From Geotalea daltonii FRC-32 (GTDB lineage: Bacteria; Desulfobacterota; Desulfuromonadia; Geobacterales; Geobacteraceae): a stretch of DNA of 32,000 nucleotides. Positions 15,155-24,498 of this stretch are shown here, in pieces. The DNA lies in the NCBI RefSeq assembly GCF_000022265.1, contig NC_011979.1:2580001-2612000 (forward strand), written 5' to 3'. Position 1 is the first letter of the stretch. Each line of letters begins with the position of its first letter. The notes beneath the pieces were generated by a model. That model was not told the DNA's origin, ran no database searches, and was given only the letters and a program-made list of their open reading frames with translations. The translations under genes and the position numbers were made by a program.

Positions 15155-16372
15155 ATGGCTGATAACGATCTGAACCGGTTGAAGATTGACAAGACAGTGG
15201 TTGCCGCCGGCAGACCACGGCATAAGCGGCCGCTGGTCTGGATTATTGGTGTGGTGGCCGTTATTCTCGCCATTCTTGCTGCAAAAGGGGTTCTGGCGCC
15301 ACGGGTGGAGGTGGAAGTAGCCACCGTCTCCCAGATCTACCCATCCCAGGCCTTCACCCTCCTTAATGCCAGCGGCTATGTGGTTGCCCAGCGCAAGGCC
15401 GCCGTCGCCTCCAAGACCACTGCTCAATTGGAATGGCTGGGGGTGGAAGAAGGGAGCCGGGTGCAACAGGGGCAGATCATCGCAAGGCTGGAGAACAAGG
15501 ATGCAACCGCTGTCCGTGGGCAGGCCGCGGCGAACCTCAACAATGCCCGGGCGGTGCTGGAACAGGCAAAGGCGGAACTGCACGACGCCAGCCTCAGCTT
15601 CAATCGGCAGAAGGAGCTGGTTACCCATGGTGTGGTGGCAAGGGCCGACTTTGATGCTGCCGAGGCCAGGTTCAAGCGGGCAAAGGCCGGAGTAGCCGCT
15701 GCCGAGGCAAATATCGCTGCGCTGTCGTCAGCATTACGTGGCGCGGAGGCCCAGCTGGATTACACCCTGATCCGCGCTCCTTTCAATGCGGTGGTATTGA
15801 CCAAGGATGCCGACGTGGGGGACATTGTTACCCCGCTGGGGGCTGCGGCCAATGCCAAGGCAGCAGTCGTCACCATTGCCGATATGGATTCGCTCCAGGT
15901 GGAGGCTGACGTTTCGGAGTCCAACCTGGGGAAAATCAAGGTGGGACAGCCATGTGAGATCACCCTCGATGCACTGCCGGATGTACGTTTTCGCGGCATT
16001 ACCCATACCATTGTGCCTACTGCAGACCGCTCCAAGGCGACGGTAATGGTGAAGGTCAAATTTGTCGACCAGGATCGGCGCATACTGCCTGAGATGAGCG
16101 CCAAGGTTGCTTTTCTGGAGAGACCGGTGAAGGCCGAAGAGCAACGGCCGGTAACGGCGGTCAATCCCCAGGCGGTGCTGGACAGGGAAGGAGCGAAATC
16201 CGTTTTTCTGGTAAAGGATGATAAAGCAATCAAGACCGCTGTCACGACCGGTCCACGTGTGGGTGACATGCTGCAGGTGACAAGCGGCGTCAAGGCGGGG
16301 GATAAGATCGTCCTCAGACCATTGGACAAACTCAGGGACGGCTCGGGTATAAAGACCGCCGAAAAACAATAG
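15155..16372 (+). CDS. efflux transporter periplasmic adaptor subunit (HlyD/MacA-type membrane fusion protein)
   Basis: N-terminal anchor, lipoyl/barrel-sandwich motifs (GYVVAQRKAAVASK, VQQGQIIARLE), a long alpha-hairpin and YTLIRAPFNAVV. It is first in an operon with an ABC ATPase and FtsX-type permeases. Confidence 0.88.
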   Translation: MADNDLNRLKIDKTVVAAGRPRHKRPLVWIIGVVAVILAILAAKGVLAPRVEVEVATVSQIYPSQAFTLLNASGYVVAQRKAAVASKTTAQLEWLGVEEGSRVQQGQIIARLENKDATAVRGQAAANLNNARAVLEQAKAELHDASLSFNRQKELVTHGVVARADFDAAEARFKRAKAGVAAAEANIAALSSALRGAEAQLDYTLIRAPFNAVVLTKDADVGDIVTPLGAAANAKAAVVTIADMDSLQVEADVSESNLGKIKVGQPCEITLDALPDVRFRGITHTIVPTADRSKATVMVKVKFVDQDRRILPEMSAKVAFLERPVKAEEQRPVTAVNPQAVLDREGAKSVFLVKDDKAIKTAVTTGPRVGDMLQVTSGVKAGDKIVLRPLDKLRDGSGIKTAEKQ

Positions 16373-16393
16373 ATGACCGGTGAGGGGTGAAGC

Positions 16394-17098
16394 GTGAGGA
16401 GTGAGGCGGTAAAAGACATTTTACCGATGGTTGCGATTGATGGCTTGTCCAAGTCCTATCGGCGGGGGAGCCAGATCATCCCCGTGCTGCAGGATGTATC
16501 CTTTACCATTGCCGAGGGAGAGTTCCTGGCCTTGATGGGGCCATCCGGTTCGGGCAAGAGCACCCTCCTCAATCTGATCGCCGGCATTGACAAAGCCGAC
16601 ACCGGAACCATTCTGGTGGGGGGAACTGACATTACCAGTCTGTCAGAGGGTGAACTGGCGTCATGGCGAGCCGCCCATGTTGGCTTCATCTTTCAGTTCT
16701 ACAACCTGATGCCGGTACTTACCGCCCTTGAGAACGTGGAACTGCCATTGCTGCTTACCCATCTCACCAAGAAGGAACGTCGGGAACACGTGGAAATGGT
16801 ATTAAGTGTGGTCGGTCTGGCAGATCGCATGGATCATTACCCCTCGCAACTTTCCGGCGGACAGCAGCAGCGGGTGGCCATTGCCCGGGCCATTGTCACC
16901 GATCCCGAAATCCTGGTGGCGGACGAACCAACCGGTGACCTTGATCGGGTGTCTGCAGAAGACATCCTCAATCTCATGGATAATCTGGTCCGGAAATTCG
17001 GCAAAACCATCATCATGGTAACCCATGATCCCCGGGCAGCTGAAAAGGCCCATCTGATCAAACATCTGGAAAAAGGATTCCTGTCGGGAGAAGAGTGA
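16394..17098 (+). CDS. ABC transporter ATP-binding protein (MacB/LolD-type)
   Basis: Walker [10 protein letters not shown], signature LSGGQQQRV, Walker [13 protein letters not shown] and H-loop VTHD. GTG start follows GAGGGG. Confidence 0.92.
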   Translation: MRSEAVKDILPMVAIDGLSKSYRRGSQIIPVLQDVSFTIAEGEFLALMGPSGSGKSTLLNLIAGIDKADTGTILVGGTDITSLSEGELASWRAAHVGFIFQFYNLMPVLTALENVELPLLLTHLTKKERREHVEMVLSVVGLADRMDHYPSQLSGGQQQRVAIARAIVTDPEILVADEPTGDLDRVSAEDILNLMDNLVRKFGKTIIMVTHDPRAAEKAHLIKHLEKGFLSGEE

Positions 17099-17111
17099 AG
17101 AGTGAAGAGAA
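17091..17111. repeat. tandem heptamer repeat AAGAGTG x2 plus AAGAGAA
   Basis: AAGAGTG AAGAGTG AAGAGAA spans the stop codon (17096-17098) of the ATPase gene. Confidence 0.7.
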
Positions 17112-17138
17112 GCCCCAAATTTATAACCTCGAACTTAA

Positions 17139-17162
17139 AACATAGAACATAGAACATAGAAC
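17139..17162. repeat. tandem heptamer repeat AACATAG x3.4
   Basis: AACATAG AACATAG AACATAG AAC ends 2 nt before the permease ATG (17165). It occupies the place where an SD sequence would be expected. Confidence 0.8.
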
Positions 17163-17164
17163 CG

Positions 17165-18319
17165 ATGTTAATAAAGCTCATCATTCGCAATGCCTTTCGC
17201 CATAAGCTCCGCTCGCTTTTGACTGTTCTAGGCGTTGCCATCGCCATACTCGCCTTCGGTCTGCTGCGCACCCTGGTGGGGCTCTGGTACCTGGGGGTGG
17301 AGCAGTCTTCCGCCACCCGGCTGGTGACGCGCAATGCCATCTCCCTGGTTTTTTCCCTCCCCATTTCCTACAAGGACAGAATCCGGCAGATAGACGGCGT
17401 GAAGCAGGTCTCCTATGGCAACTGGTTCGGTGGCGTCTATATTAATGAAAAGAACTTTTTCCCTAATTTTGCAGTGGAACCCCAAAGCTACCTGGAGCTT
17501 TATCCGGAGTTCGTCCTCTCTCCCGAGCAGAAGAATGCCTTCCTCCACGATCAGCGCAGTGCTGTGGTCGGACGCAAGCTGGCGGCCAAATACGGCTGGA
17601 AAGTGGGTGATCTTATCACCCTTAAGGGGACCATTTTCCCCGGCCAGTGGACCTTTGTCCTGCGGGGCATTTACCGGGGGGCGCAGAAGAACACCGATGA
17701 GACCCAGTTTTTTTTCCACTGGAAATATCTGAACGAGACCCTGAAAAGGACCGTATCGCGCCGGGCTGACCAGGCCGGTTTTTACATGATCGGCGTAGAA
17801 AAGCCGGAATTGGCCGCCGAAGTCGCCCAGGCGGTTGATGCCACCTTCAGGAACTCCCTGGCCGAAACCCTGACTGAAACGGAAAGGGCCTTCCAGCTCA
17901 GCTTCGTTTCCATGACCGAGGCGATCATGATCGCCATAAAGATCGTTTCCTATGTGGTAATCGTCATCATCATGGTGGTGGCGGCCAATACCATGGCCAT
18001 GACTGCACGGGAGAGGATCGCCGAGTATGCAACCATGAAGACGCTCGGCTTCGGCGGCAGGCACATTGCCGCCATCATCTTTGGCGAATCCATCGTCATT
18101 GCCATGATCGGCGGTGTCATCGGCATCCTTCTCACCTATCCGGCGGCCCATGGCATTCAGGAGAAGCTGTCCCAGTTCTTTCCCGTCTTCAATGTTTCTC
18201 CCATGACAGTCTATCTCGATCTCCTTGCTGCATTGACGGTCGGCGTCGTGGCCTCCATTTTCCCCACCTGGCGCGGCGCCACCATCGGAATCGCCGATGG
18301 CTTGCGGAGAATAGGCTGA
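17165..18319 (+). CDS. ABC transporter permease (FtsX/MacB-like, 4 TM plus periplasmic domain)
   Basis: N-terminus [28 protein letters not shown] is typical of FtsX-family permeases. It has a large periplasmic domain and the C-terminal FtsX TM bundle ([11 protein letters not shown]...). Confidence 0.88.
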   Translation: MLIKLIIRNAFRHKLRSLLTVLGVAIAILAFGLLRTLVGLWYLGVEQSSATRLVTRNAISLVFSLPISYKDRIRQIDGVKQVSYGNWFGGVYINEKNFFPNFAVEPQSYLELYPEFVLSPEQKNAFLHDQRSAVVGRKLAAKYGWKVGDLITLKGTIFPGQWTFVLRGIYRGAQKNTDETQFFFHWKYLNETLKRTVSRRADQAGFYMIGVEKPELAAEVAQAVDATFRNSLAETLTETERAFQLSFVSMTEAIMIAIKIVSYVVIVIIMVVAANTMAMTARERIAEYATMKTLGFGGRHIAAIIFGESIVIAMIGGVIGILLTYPAAHGIQEKLSQFFPVFNVSPMTVYLDLLAALTVGVVASIFPTWRGATIGIADGLRRIG

Positions 18320-19485
18320 TGGCTATCCCGTACTTTTACAGCTTCCGCAACCTCTGGACCCGCCGGCTCACCACCGTTCTTACCGCTTCCGGCATGGCGC
18401 TGGTGGTGTTCGTTTTTGCCGCCACCCTGATGCTGGCTGAAGGCCTGCGCCGGACCCTGGTGGAGACCGGCTCCTTTGACAACGTGGTGGTAATCCGCAA
18501 ATCGGCTGTTTCCGAGGTGCAGAGCGGTGTGGAGCGCCCCCAGGCTGCCGTGGTCGAAAGCCAGCCCGAGGTGGCAATCGGTGCCGATGGGCGCCGGCTT
18601 CTGGCCAAAGAGATTGTTGTGCTCATCAACCTGCCCAAGCGGGGGACAAACAAGCCCGCCAATGTCATTATCCGCGGTGTAGGCCAAAGTTCCCTGCAGC
18701 TCAGGCCCCAGGTGCGCCTGAAGGAAGGGCGCATGCCCAGGCCTGGTTCAGCAGAGGTAATTGCCGGAGCCAGTATTGCCAAACGCTTTAAGGGGGGAGG
18801 ACTGGGTGAAACCCTGCGTTTCGGCATGCGCAACTGGACAGTGGTCGGTGTTTTCGATGCCGGCAGCACCGGCTTTTCCTCGGAAATATGGGGAGATGTT
18901 GATCAGCTCATGCAGGCGTTCCGCCGGCCCGTTTACTCGTCGGTGCTTTTCAAACTGCGGGACCCTGCTTCCTTCGATGCATTCAAGCAACGTGTTGAAG
19001 GTGACCCCCGCCTGACGGTGGAGGCAAAGCGTGAAACCAGATATTATCTGGATCAGTCCGAGGCCATGTCCAAATTTCTCAGCATTCTTGGTATCGCCCT
19101 GACCATCATCTTCTCGCTGGGGGCCATCATCGGGGCGATGATCACCATGTATGCGGCGGTAGCCAATCGTATCGTTGAGATAGGCACCCTGCGGGCCCTT
19201 GGCTTCAACAAGAAGAGCATTCTCTCTGCCTTTATCCTTGAAGCACTGTTTCTTGGCCTTTTGGGCGGATTTCTTGGGCTGTTCCTGGCTTCCTTCATGC
19301 AACTGGTGACCATTTCCACCATGAACTGGCAATCCTTTGCAGAGCTAGCCTTTTCCTTTTCCATGACCTTTGCCATCGCCTGGAAATCCTTGGCTTTTTC
19401 CCTGGTCATGGGCTTTGTCGGCGGTGTGCTCCCGGCTTTTCGCGCAGCACGAATGAACATCGTCGATGCTTTAAGATCCAGTTGA
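18319..19485 (+). CDS. ABC transporter permease (FtsX/MacB-like), second paralogue
   Basis: FRNLWTRRLTTVLTASGMALVVFVF and LRALGFNKKSIL motifs. The ATG overlaps the upstream stop (TGATG). Confidence 0.88.
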   Translation: MAIPYFYSFRNLWTRRLTTVLTASGMALVVFVFAATLMLAEGLRRTLVETGSFDNVVVIRKSAVSEVQSGVERPQAAVVESQPEVAIGADGRRLLAKEIVVLINLPKRGTNKPANVIIRGVGQSSLQLRPQVRLKEGRMPRPGSAEVIAGASIAKRFKGGGLGETLRFGMRNWTVVGVFDAGSTGFSSEIWGDVDQLMQAFRRPVYSSVLFKLRDPASFDAFKQRVEGDPRLTVEAKRETRYYLDQSEAMSKFLSILGIALTIIFSLGAIIGAMITMYAAVANRIVEIGTLRALGFNKKSILSAFILEALFLGLLGGFLGLFLASFMQLVTISTMNWQSFAELAFSFSMTFAIAWKSLAFSLVMGFVGGVLPAFRAARMNIVDALRSS

Positions 19486-19493
19486 GGTCCCTG

Positions 19494-20249
19494 ATGAAAT
19501 TATCCCAGATCCGTTCCCGCAACATTGCCCTGTTCATGCTGGTGGCTTCGATCATCATCTATGTGATCGACTATTTCATTACCGGAAATATCCGGGACAT
19601 CTATCTCGGCTTTCTTGGCAATTTCGCCTTTCTCCCCATTTACGTGCTGTTCGTCACCCTGATGATTGAGAGAGTTCTCAAGGAGCGGGAACGTGAAGCG
19701 CTCAGGCAGAAACTCAACATGGTGATCGGCGTCTTTTTCAGCGAGGTGGGCACAGTGCTCATTACCGACTGTTCCTCCTTTATCAGGGAGCCGGGGGAGT
19801 TATCCCAGAGGTTGCGTTTTTCCCCCCAATGGGCGGATAAAGACTTCTCCCGGGTAAAAGATTTTCTTGATGGCAATGAAATCCGGATGGACAGCAGCAG
19901 AGGCGACTTAATGGCCTTGAAATCATTTCTCCTGGGAAAAAAGGATTTCATGCTCCGCCTTCTGGAAAACCCCAATCTGCTGGAGCACGATGAGTTTACC
20001 GATCTTCTCTGGGCGGTGTTTCATCTCATCGAAGAGCTTGAGGCGCGCAGGTCGCTGAATGCCCTGCCCATAGCAGACATGGAGCATCTGTCGGGGGATA
20101 TCAAACGGGCCTATAATCATCTGCTGCGGGAATGGGTGGTCTATATGCAGCATCTGATGCGTGATTACCCATACCTGTTTTCCCTTGCAGTCAGGACCAA
20201 TCCCATGAATCCGGAAGCGCGAGTGGAGATAGCCGATCAAAGCCTGTGA
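19494..20249 (+). CDS. hypothetical membrane-anchored protein (251 aa), translationally coupled to the ABC operon
   Basis: Two N-terminal TM helices followed by a helical cytoplasmic domain of about 180 aa. GAGG lies 6 nt before the ATG at 19494. TTG at 19482, overlapping the permease stop, is an alternative start. No family recognised. Confidence 0.65.
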   Translation: MKLSQIRSRNIALFMLVASIIIYVIDYFITGNIRDIYLGFLGNFAFLPIYVLFVTLMIERVLKEREREALRQKLNMVIGVFFSEVGTVLITDCSSFIREPGELSQRLRFSPQWADKDFSRVKDFLDGNEIRMDSSRGDLMALKSFLLGKKDFMLRLLENPNLLEHDEFTDLLWAVFHLIEELEARRSLNALPIADMEHLSGDIKRAYNHLLREWVVYMQHLMRDYPYLFSLAVRTNPMNPEARVEIADQSL

Positions 20250-20376
20250 TTCCTGTGGAAATGCTGCCAGCCCTTGATACAACCCAGATGACACCAGAAA
20301 TGATTTGCATTTTTAAAGGCTTTACTATACATTGACCGCTCCAAAAATCCTTTATCCCTTCCCCAGGTGACTCGCC

Positions 20377-21450
20377 TTGACAAAAAAGACTCTGGCAGAT
20401 TTGAGAAAAGAAATCGATACGCTGGATGACAGGCTGCTTGAGCTCCTTAACGAGCGGGCTTCCCGCGTCATTGAGGTGGGCCGTCTAAAAGCCGGTTCCA
20501 AGAGTGATTTCCATGTGCCGAGCCGGGAGCGGGAGATCTACGAGCGCCTTCAGGGGCAAAACAGCGGCCCATTTCCCAATGAGGCGGTCAAAAGCGTCTT
20601 TCGCGAGATAATTTCCGCATCCCTTGCCTTGGAAGCGCCAATGAAGGTGGCGTTTTTCGGCCCCAAGGCCACCTTTACCCATATGGCCACCATGCAGCAT
20701 TTCGGCCTTTCTGCCGAGTTGGTCCCCCAGAAGTCCATCCCCGCAGTTTTTGAAGAGGTGGAAAAGGGGCGTGCCCTGTACGGTGTGATCCCGGTGGAGA
20801 ACTCCACCGAGGGCATGGTCTCCCATACGCTGGACATGTTCATGGACAGCGAACTGAAGATAAATGCCGAAATCCTGCATGAAATACACCACTATCTCCT
20901 GTCCCGCACCGGACGAATCGAAGATATCAAGAAGGTCTGTTCCCATCAGCAGCCCATTGCCCAGTGCCGCAATTGGCTGGCGGAAAATCTGCCCAATGTG
21001 CCGGTGGTGGATGTTGCATCCACGGCGGTTGCCGCCCAGATAGTCAGTGAGGATTACACGGCTGCGGCCATTGCCAGCGAGCTTGCCGCCTCCATGTACG
21101 ACCTGAAGATCGTCCGGGAACGGATCGAGGATCAGGTCAACAACTTCACCCGTTTTCTCGTCATCGGCAAGAAAATGGCCGAAAAGAGCGGCGACGACAA
21201 GACCTCGCTGATGTTTTCGGTCAAGGACGAGGTGGGTATTCTCTATCACATGCTGGAGCCCTTCGCCAAGCGGGGGATCAACCTTTCCAAGATTGAATCC
21301 CGGCCGCTGAAAAAGAAGGCATGGGAATACATCTTTTTCCTCGATCTCATGGGGCATATTTCCGATCCGGCCATTGCCGCGGCTGTGCAGGAGCTGAAGA
21401 GCTGCTGTCAGTTTGTTAAAGTCCTCGGCTCTTACCCCAGAGCAAAGTAA
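20377..21450 (+). CDS. pheA: bifunctional chorismate mutase / prephenate dehydratase
   Basis: CM domain (LADLRKEIDTLDDRLLELLNERA), PDT domain (VAFFGPKATFTH, NFTRFLVIG) and ACT domain (SKIESRPLKK). TTG start follows AGGTGA. Confidence 0.92.
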   Translation: MTKKTLADLRKEIDTLDDRLLELLNERASRVIEVGRLKAGSKSDFHVPSREREIYERLQGQNSGPFPNEAVKSVFREIISASLALEAPMKVAFFGPKATFTHMATMQHFGLSAELVPQKSIPAVFEEVEKGRALYGVIPVENSTEGMVSHTLDMFMDSELKINAEILHEIHHYLLSRTGRIEDIKKVCSHQQPIAQCRNWLAENLPNVPVVDVASTAVAAQIVSEDYTAAAIASELAASMYDLKIVRERIEDQVNNFTRFLVIGKKMAEKSGDDKTSLMFSVKDEVGILYHMLEPFAKRGINLSKIESRPLKKKAWEYIFFLDLMGHISDPAIAAAVQELKSCCQFVKVLGSYPRAK

Positions 21451-21455
21451 ACCGA

Positions 21456-21473
21456 TTCTACGTTCTACGTTCG
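21456..21473. repeat. tandem heptamer repeat TTCTACG x2 plus a partial unit
   Basis: TTCTACG TTCTACG TTCG lies in the pheA-tyrA spacer. The unit is close to the reverse complement (TTCTATG read as a 7-mer phase variant) of the 17139-17162 repeat. Confidence 0.6.
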
Positions 21474-21506
21474 AAACATCTTCAAACTGAACTTTTGGGA
21501 GTCATC

Positions 21507-22367
21507 ATGCCGCTCATTCGGCGGTTAGCCATAATCGGTGTCGGTCTTATCGGCGGATCGCTGGCCCGCGTCCTTCGCGAAAAAGGAGAAGTGGACGAGG
21601 TTGTCGGTATCGGCAGGGGGGAAGCCAATCTCAAAAAGGCCGTTGAGCTTGGCGTAATCGATTCCTACTCCCTTGATCCTGTGGCAGGGGTTGTCGGTGC
21701 CGACATGGTCTTTATTGCCACGCCCGTTTGCTCCATCGCCGGGATGGTGGATAAAATTGCTCCCGGCCTTGGGCAAGGCTGCATTGTGACCGACGGCGGC
21801 AGCGTCAAAGGTGAGATTGTCGCCCCCTGCGAAGGGATCATGCCGGATGGAACTTTTTTCGTCGGCGGCCATCCCATTGCCGGCACGGAAAATTCCGGCG
21901 TCGAGGCATCTTTTTCCACCCTCTACCAGGGCAAACGCTGCATTCTCACTCCCACTGACCGGACCGATCGAGAAGCCCTGGCCAAAGTGGCACGCATGTG
22001 GGAACTTGCCGGCAGTGAAGTGGTCGAGATGGATGTGGAAAAACATGACCACGTGGTTGCCGCCATCTCCCATCTACCGCACATGGTAGCCTATTCCCTG
22101 GTCAATGCGGTTGGAAGTTACGACCGCTTTGCAGAAAGCATCCTCAAATATTCGGCTGGGGGATTCAGGGATTTCACCCGCATCGCTTCCTCTGATCCGG
22201 CCATGTGGCGGGATATTGCCCTGATGAACAGGGGCGCTGTTCTGGAAATGATGGATTATTTCCAGGAACATTTGGGCAGACTGCGCAAGCTGGTGGACGC
22301 CGGTGATGGTGACGGGCTCCATGACTTTTTTCTCAGCTCCAAAAAGAGCAGGGACGCTATCCTTTAG
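21507..22367 (+). CDS. tyrA: prephenate dehydrogenase
   Basis: Rossmann motif IIGVGLIGGS plus GGHPIAG. GGGAG SD lies before the ATG at 21507. Confidence 0.9.
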   Translation: MPLIRRLAIIGVGLIGGSLARVLREKGEVDEVVGIGRGEANLKKAVELGVIDSYSLDPVAGVVGADMVFIATPVCSIAGMVDKIAPGLGQGCIVTDGGSVKGEIVAPCEGIMPDGTFFVGGHPIAGTENSGVEASFSTLYQGKRCILTPTDRTDREALAKVARMWELAGSEVVEMDVEKHDHVVAAISHLPHMVAYSLVNAVGSYDRFAESILKYSAGGFRDFTRIASSDPAMWRDIALMNRGAVLEMMDYFQEHLGRLRKLVDAGDGDGLHDFFLSSKKSRDAIL

Positions 22368-22391
22368 CCTCTAAAATGGTACAATTTACAC

Positions 22392-22434
22392 AGTGAAGGG
22401 TGACGGTCCGATGTCCCTTCACTTTTCAATTTTT
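22392..22434 (+). terminator. terminator-like hairpin between tyrA and aroA
   Basis: AGTGAAGGG-loop14-CCCTTCACT followed by TTTTCAATTTTT. Confidence 0.45.
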
Positions 22435-22468
22435 ATGATGCTGCAAATAACGTAACAGGAGTGGTAGC

Positions 22469-23758
22469 TTGCAAATCCATACCTCCAAGCCGGCAAAGAC
22501 AGTCCGGGGCGAAATCACCGTTCCCGGCGACAAATCAATCTCACATCGTTCCATCATGCTTGGCTCCCTGGCACGTGGCATTACCACGGTCAAAGGTTTT
22601 CTGCGGGGCGAGGACAATCTGGCAACCCTGAACGCCTTTCGTGCCATGGGGATCATCGTCCATGACGACGGTGAAACGTTGAAAATCGAAGGCAATGGCC
22701 TCCATGGCCTCGGCGAACCGGCCGATGTGCTTGATTGCGGCAATTCCGGCACCTCCATGCGTCTCATGACCGGTCTTCTCTCCGGGCAGCGGTTCTTTTC
22801 CGTGTTGACCGGCGATCAATACCTGCGCAAAAGACCCATGAAACGCGTTCTGGAACCGCTTAACCTGATGGGGGCAACGGTGTTCGGTCGTGCCGGCGGC
22901 GATAAGGCGCCCCTGGCCATAGTCGGCACCAGCCTGAAAGGGATTGCCTACCAATCGCCAGTTTCAAGCGCCCAGGTGAAGTCGGCGATCCTTTTGGCCG
23001 GCATGTACGCCGATGGCGAAACACAGGTGACTGAGCCGCACCTTTCCCGTGACCATTCCGAAAGGATCCTCCGCTATTTCGGCGCCGACATCGAAACCTA
23101 TTCCGGCGGTACAAGGATTCGCGGCGGGCGTGAGCTTGAAGGACGCGAGATCATCGTTCCCGGCGATATTTCATCTGCCGCATTTTTCATGGTTGCCGCA
23201 CTGATTGTCCCAGGTTCCGAGTTGCTCATCAAGGGGGTCGGGGTAAATCCGACCAGGACAGGTATTATCGATATTCTCCAGGCCATGGGGGGAGATATCA
23301 CCCTGCAGAATTGCCGTGAAAGTTCAGGCGAGCCAGTAGCCGACATCCTGGTGAAGTCTTCCCGGCTGAAGGGGATCGAGGTCGGCGGCGACCTGGTGCC
23401 GCGGGCCATCGACGAGTTTCCTGTCATCTGTGTAGCCGCATCGCTGGCCGAAGGGAAAACCGTCATTCGCGATGCAAAGGAATTGCGTGTCAAGGAAACG
23501 GATCGGATCAAGGCAATGGCTTTCAATCTGCAGAAGGCTGGTGTCGCTGTGGTGGAGACCGAGAACGGCATGGACGTGACCGGTATGGAAAAGCTGGAAG
23601 GTTGCACTGCCGAGAGTTTCGGCGATCACCGCATAGCCATGTCCATGTTGATTGCCGGGCTGGCGGCCAGGGACCAGATCACCGTCAATGATACGGAATG
23701 CATAGGCACCTCCTTTCCCAATTTTACCGCCCTGCTGCAAGGGGTGACTGTCATATGA
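22469..23758 (+). CDS. aroA: 3-phosphoshikimate 1-carboxyvinyltransferase (EPSP synthase)
   Basis: PGDKSISHR, CGNSGTSMRLM, RVKETDRI and FGDHRIAMS motifs. TTG start. Confidence 0.93.
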   Translation: MQIHTSKPAKTVRGEITVPGDKSISHRSIMLGSLARGITTVKGFLRGEDNLATLNAFRAMGIIVHDDGETLKIEGNGLHGLGEPADVLDCGNSGTSMRLMTGLLSGQRFFSVLTGDQYLRKRPMKRVLEPLNLMGATVFGRAGGDKAPLAIVGTSLKGIAYQSPVSSAQVKSAILLAGMYADGETQVTEPHLSRDHSERILRYFGADIETYSGGTRIRGGRELEGREIIVPGDISSAAFFMVAALIVPGSELLIKGVGVNPTRTGIIDILQAMGGDITLQNCRESSGEPVADILVKSSRLKGIEVGGDLVPRAIDEFPVICVAASLAEGKTVIRDAKELRVKETDRIKAMAFNLQKAGVAVVETENGMDVTGMEKLEGCTAESFGDHRIAMSMLIAGLAARDQITVNDTECIGTSFPNFTALLQGVTVI

Positions 23759-24498
23759 AGGAGAGCAGTGCCGCCGGCCGTAAAAACGGCCTCATTATTG
23801 CCATAGACGGACCTTCCGGCGCCGGGAAAAGTACCATTACCAAGCTGCTGGCTGAACGCCTGGGATATATCCATATCGACACCGGCGCCATGTTCCGTGC
23901 CATTGCCCTGAGTGCCAGCCGTAACGGAGTAGAGGCCGACGATGATAGAGGGTTGGAGGAGCTTTGCCGCAGCACCGATGTGGTGCTGAAGCGCAGCAAT
24001 GGCTGCTGCATGGTCCTCCTCAATGGCGAAGATGTTTCCCATGCCATTCGCACCCCCGAGATCAGTGCACTCACCTCGAAAATATCGGCGAGAAAGCCGG
24101 TGCGAGAGAGCTTGCTGAAACTTCAGCGGCGCATGGGAGAGCAGGGAGGGGTCATTCTGGAAGGGCGGGATATCGGGACGGTCGTATTTCCCGATGCGGA
24201 GGTCAAGTTCTTCCTTTCCGCTTCTGCCGAAGAGCGGGGCCGACGCCGCTATCTGGAGCTGGTGGCCAAGGGGGAGCAGGTAACCCTTGAACAGACCATT
24301 GCGGCAGTGATAAGCCGCGATGAAAACGATGAAAAGCGTGAACATGCGCCGCTACGCTGTGCCAATGATGCCGTTATCATCGATTCCACCCGGCTCAGTA
24401 TCGAAGAGGTGCTGGAAAGTATGGAGAAGAAGGTGCGGGAGAGGGTGCCAGAGCAGCAGACCTGTTTTACAGATGGAAGGGAGATATGCGGCAAATGA
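23755..24498 (+). CDS. cmk: (d)CMP kinase
   Basis: IAIDGPSGAGKST P-loop plus DTGAMFRA. The ATG at 23755 overlaps the aroA stop (ATGA). Confidence 0.92.
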   Translation: MKESSAAGRKNGLIIAIDGPSGAGKSTITKLLAERLGYIHIDTGAMFRAIALSASRNGVEADDDRGLEELCRSTDVVLKRSNGCCMVLLNGEDVSHAIRTPEISALTSKISARKPVRESLLKLQRRMGEQGGVILEGRDIGTVVFPDAEVKFFLSASAEERGRRRYLELVAKGEQVTLEQTIAAVISRDENDEKREHAPLRCANDAVIIDSTRLSIEEVLESMEKKVRERVPEQQTCFTDGREICGK

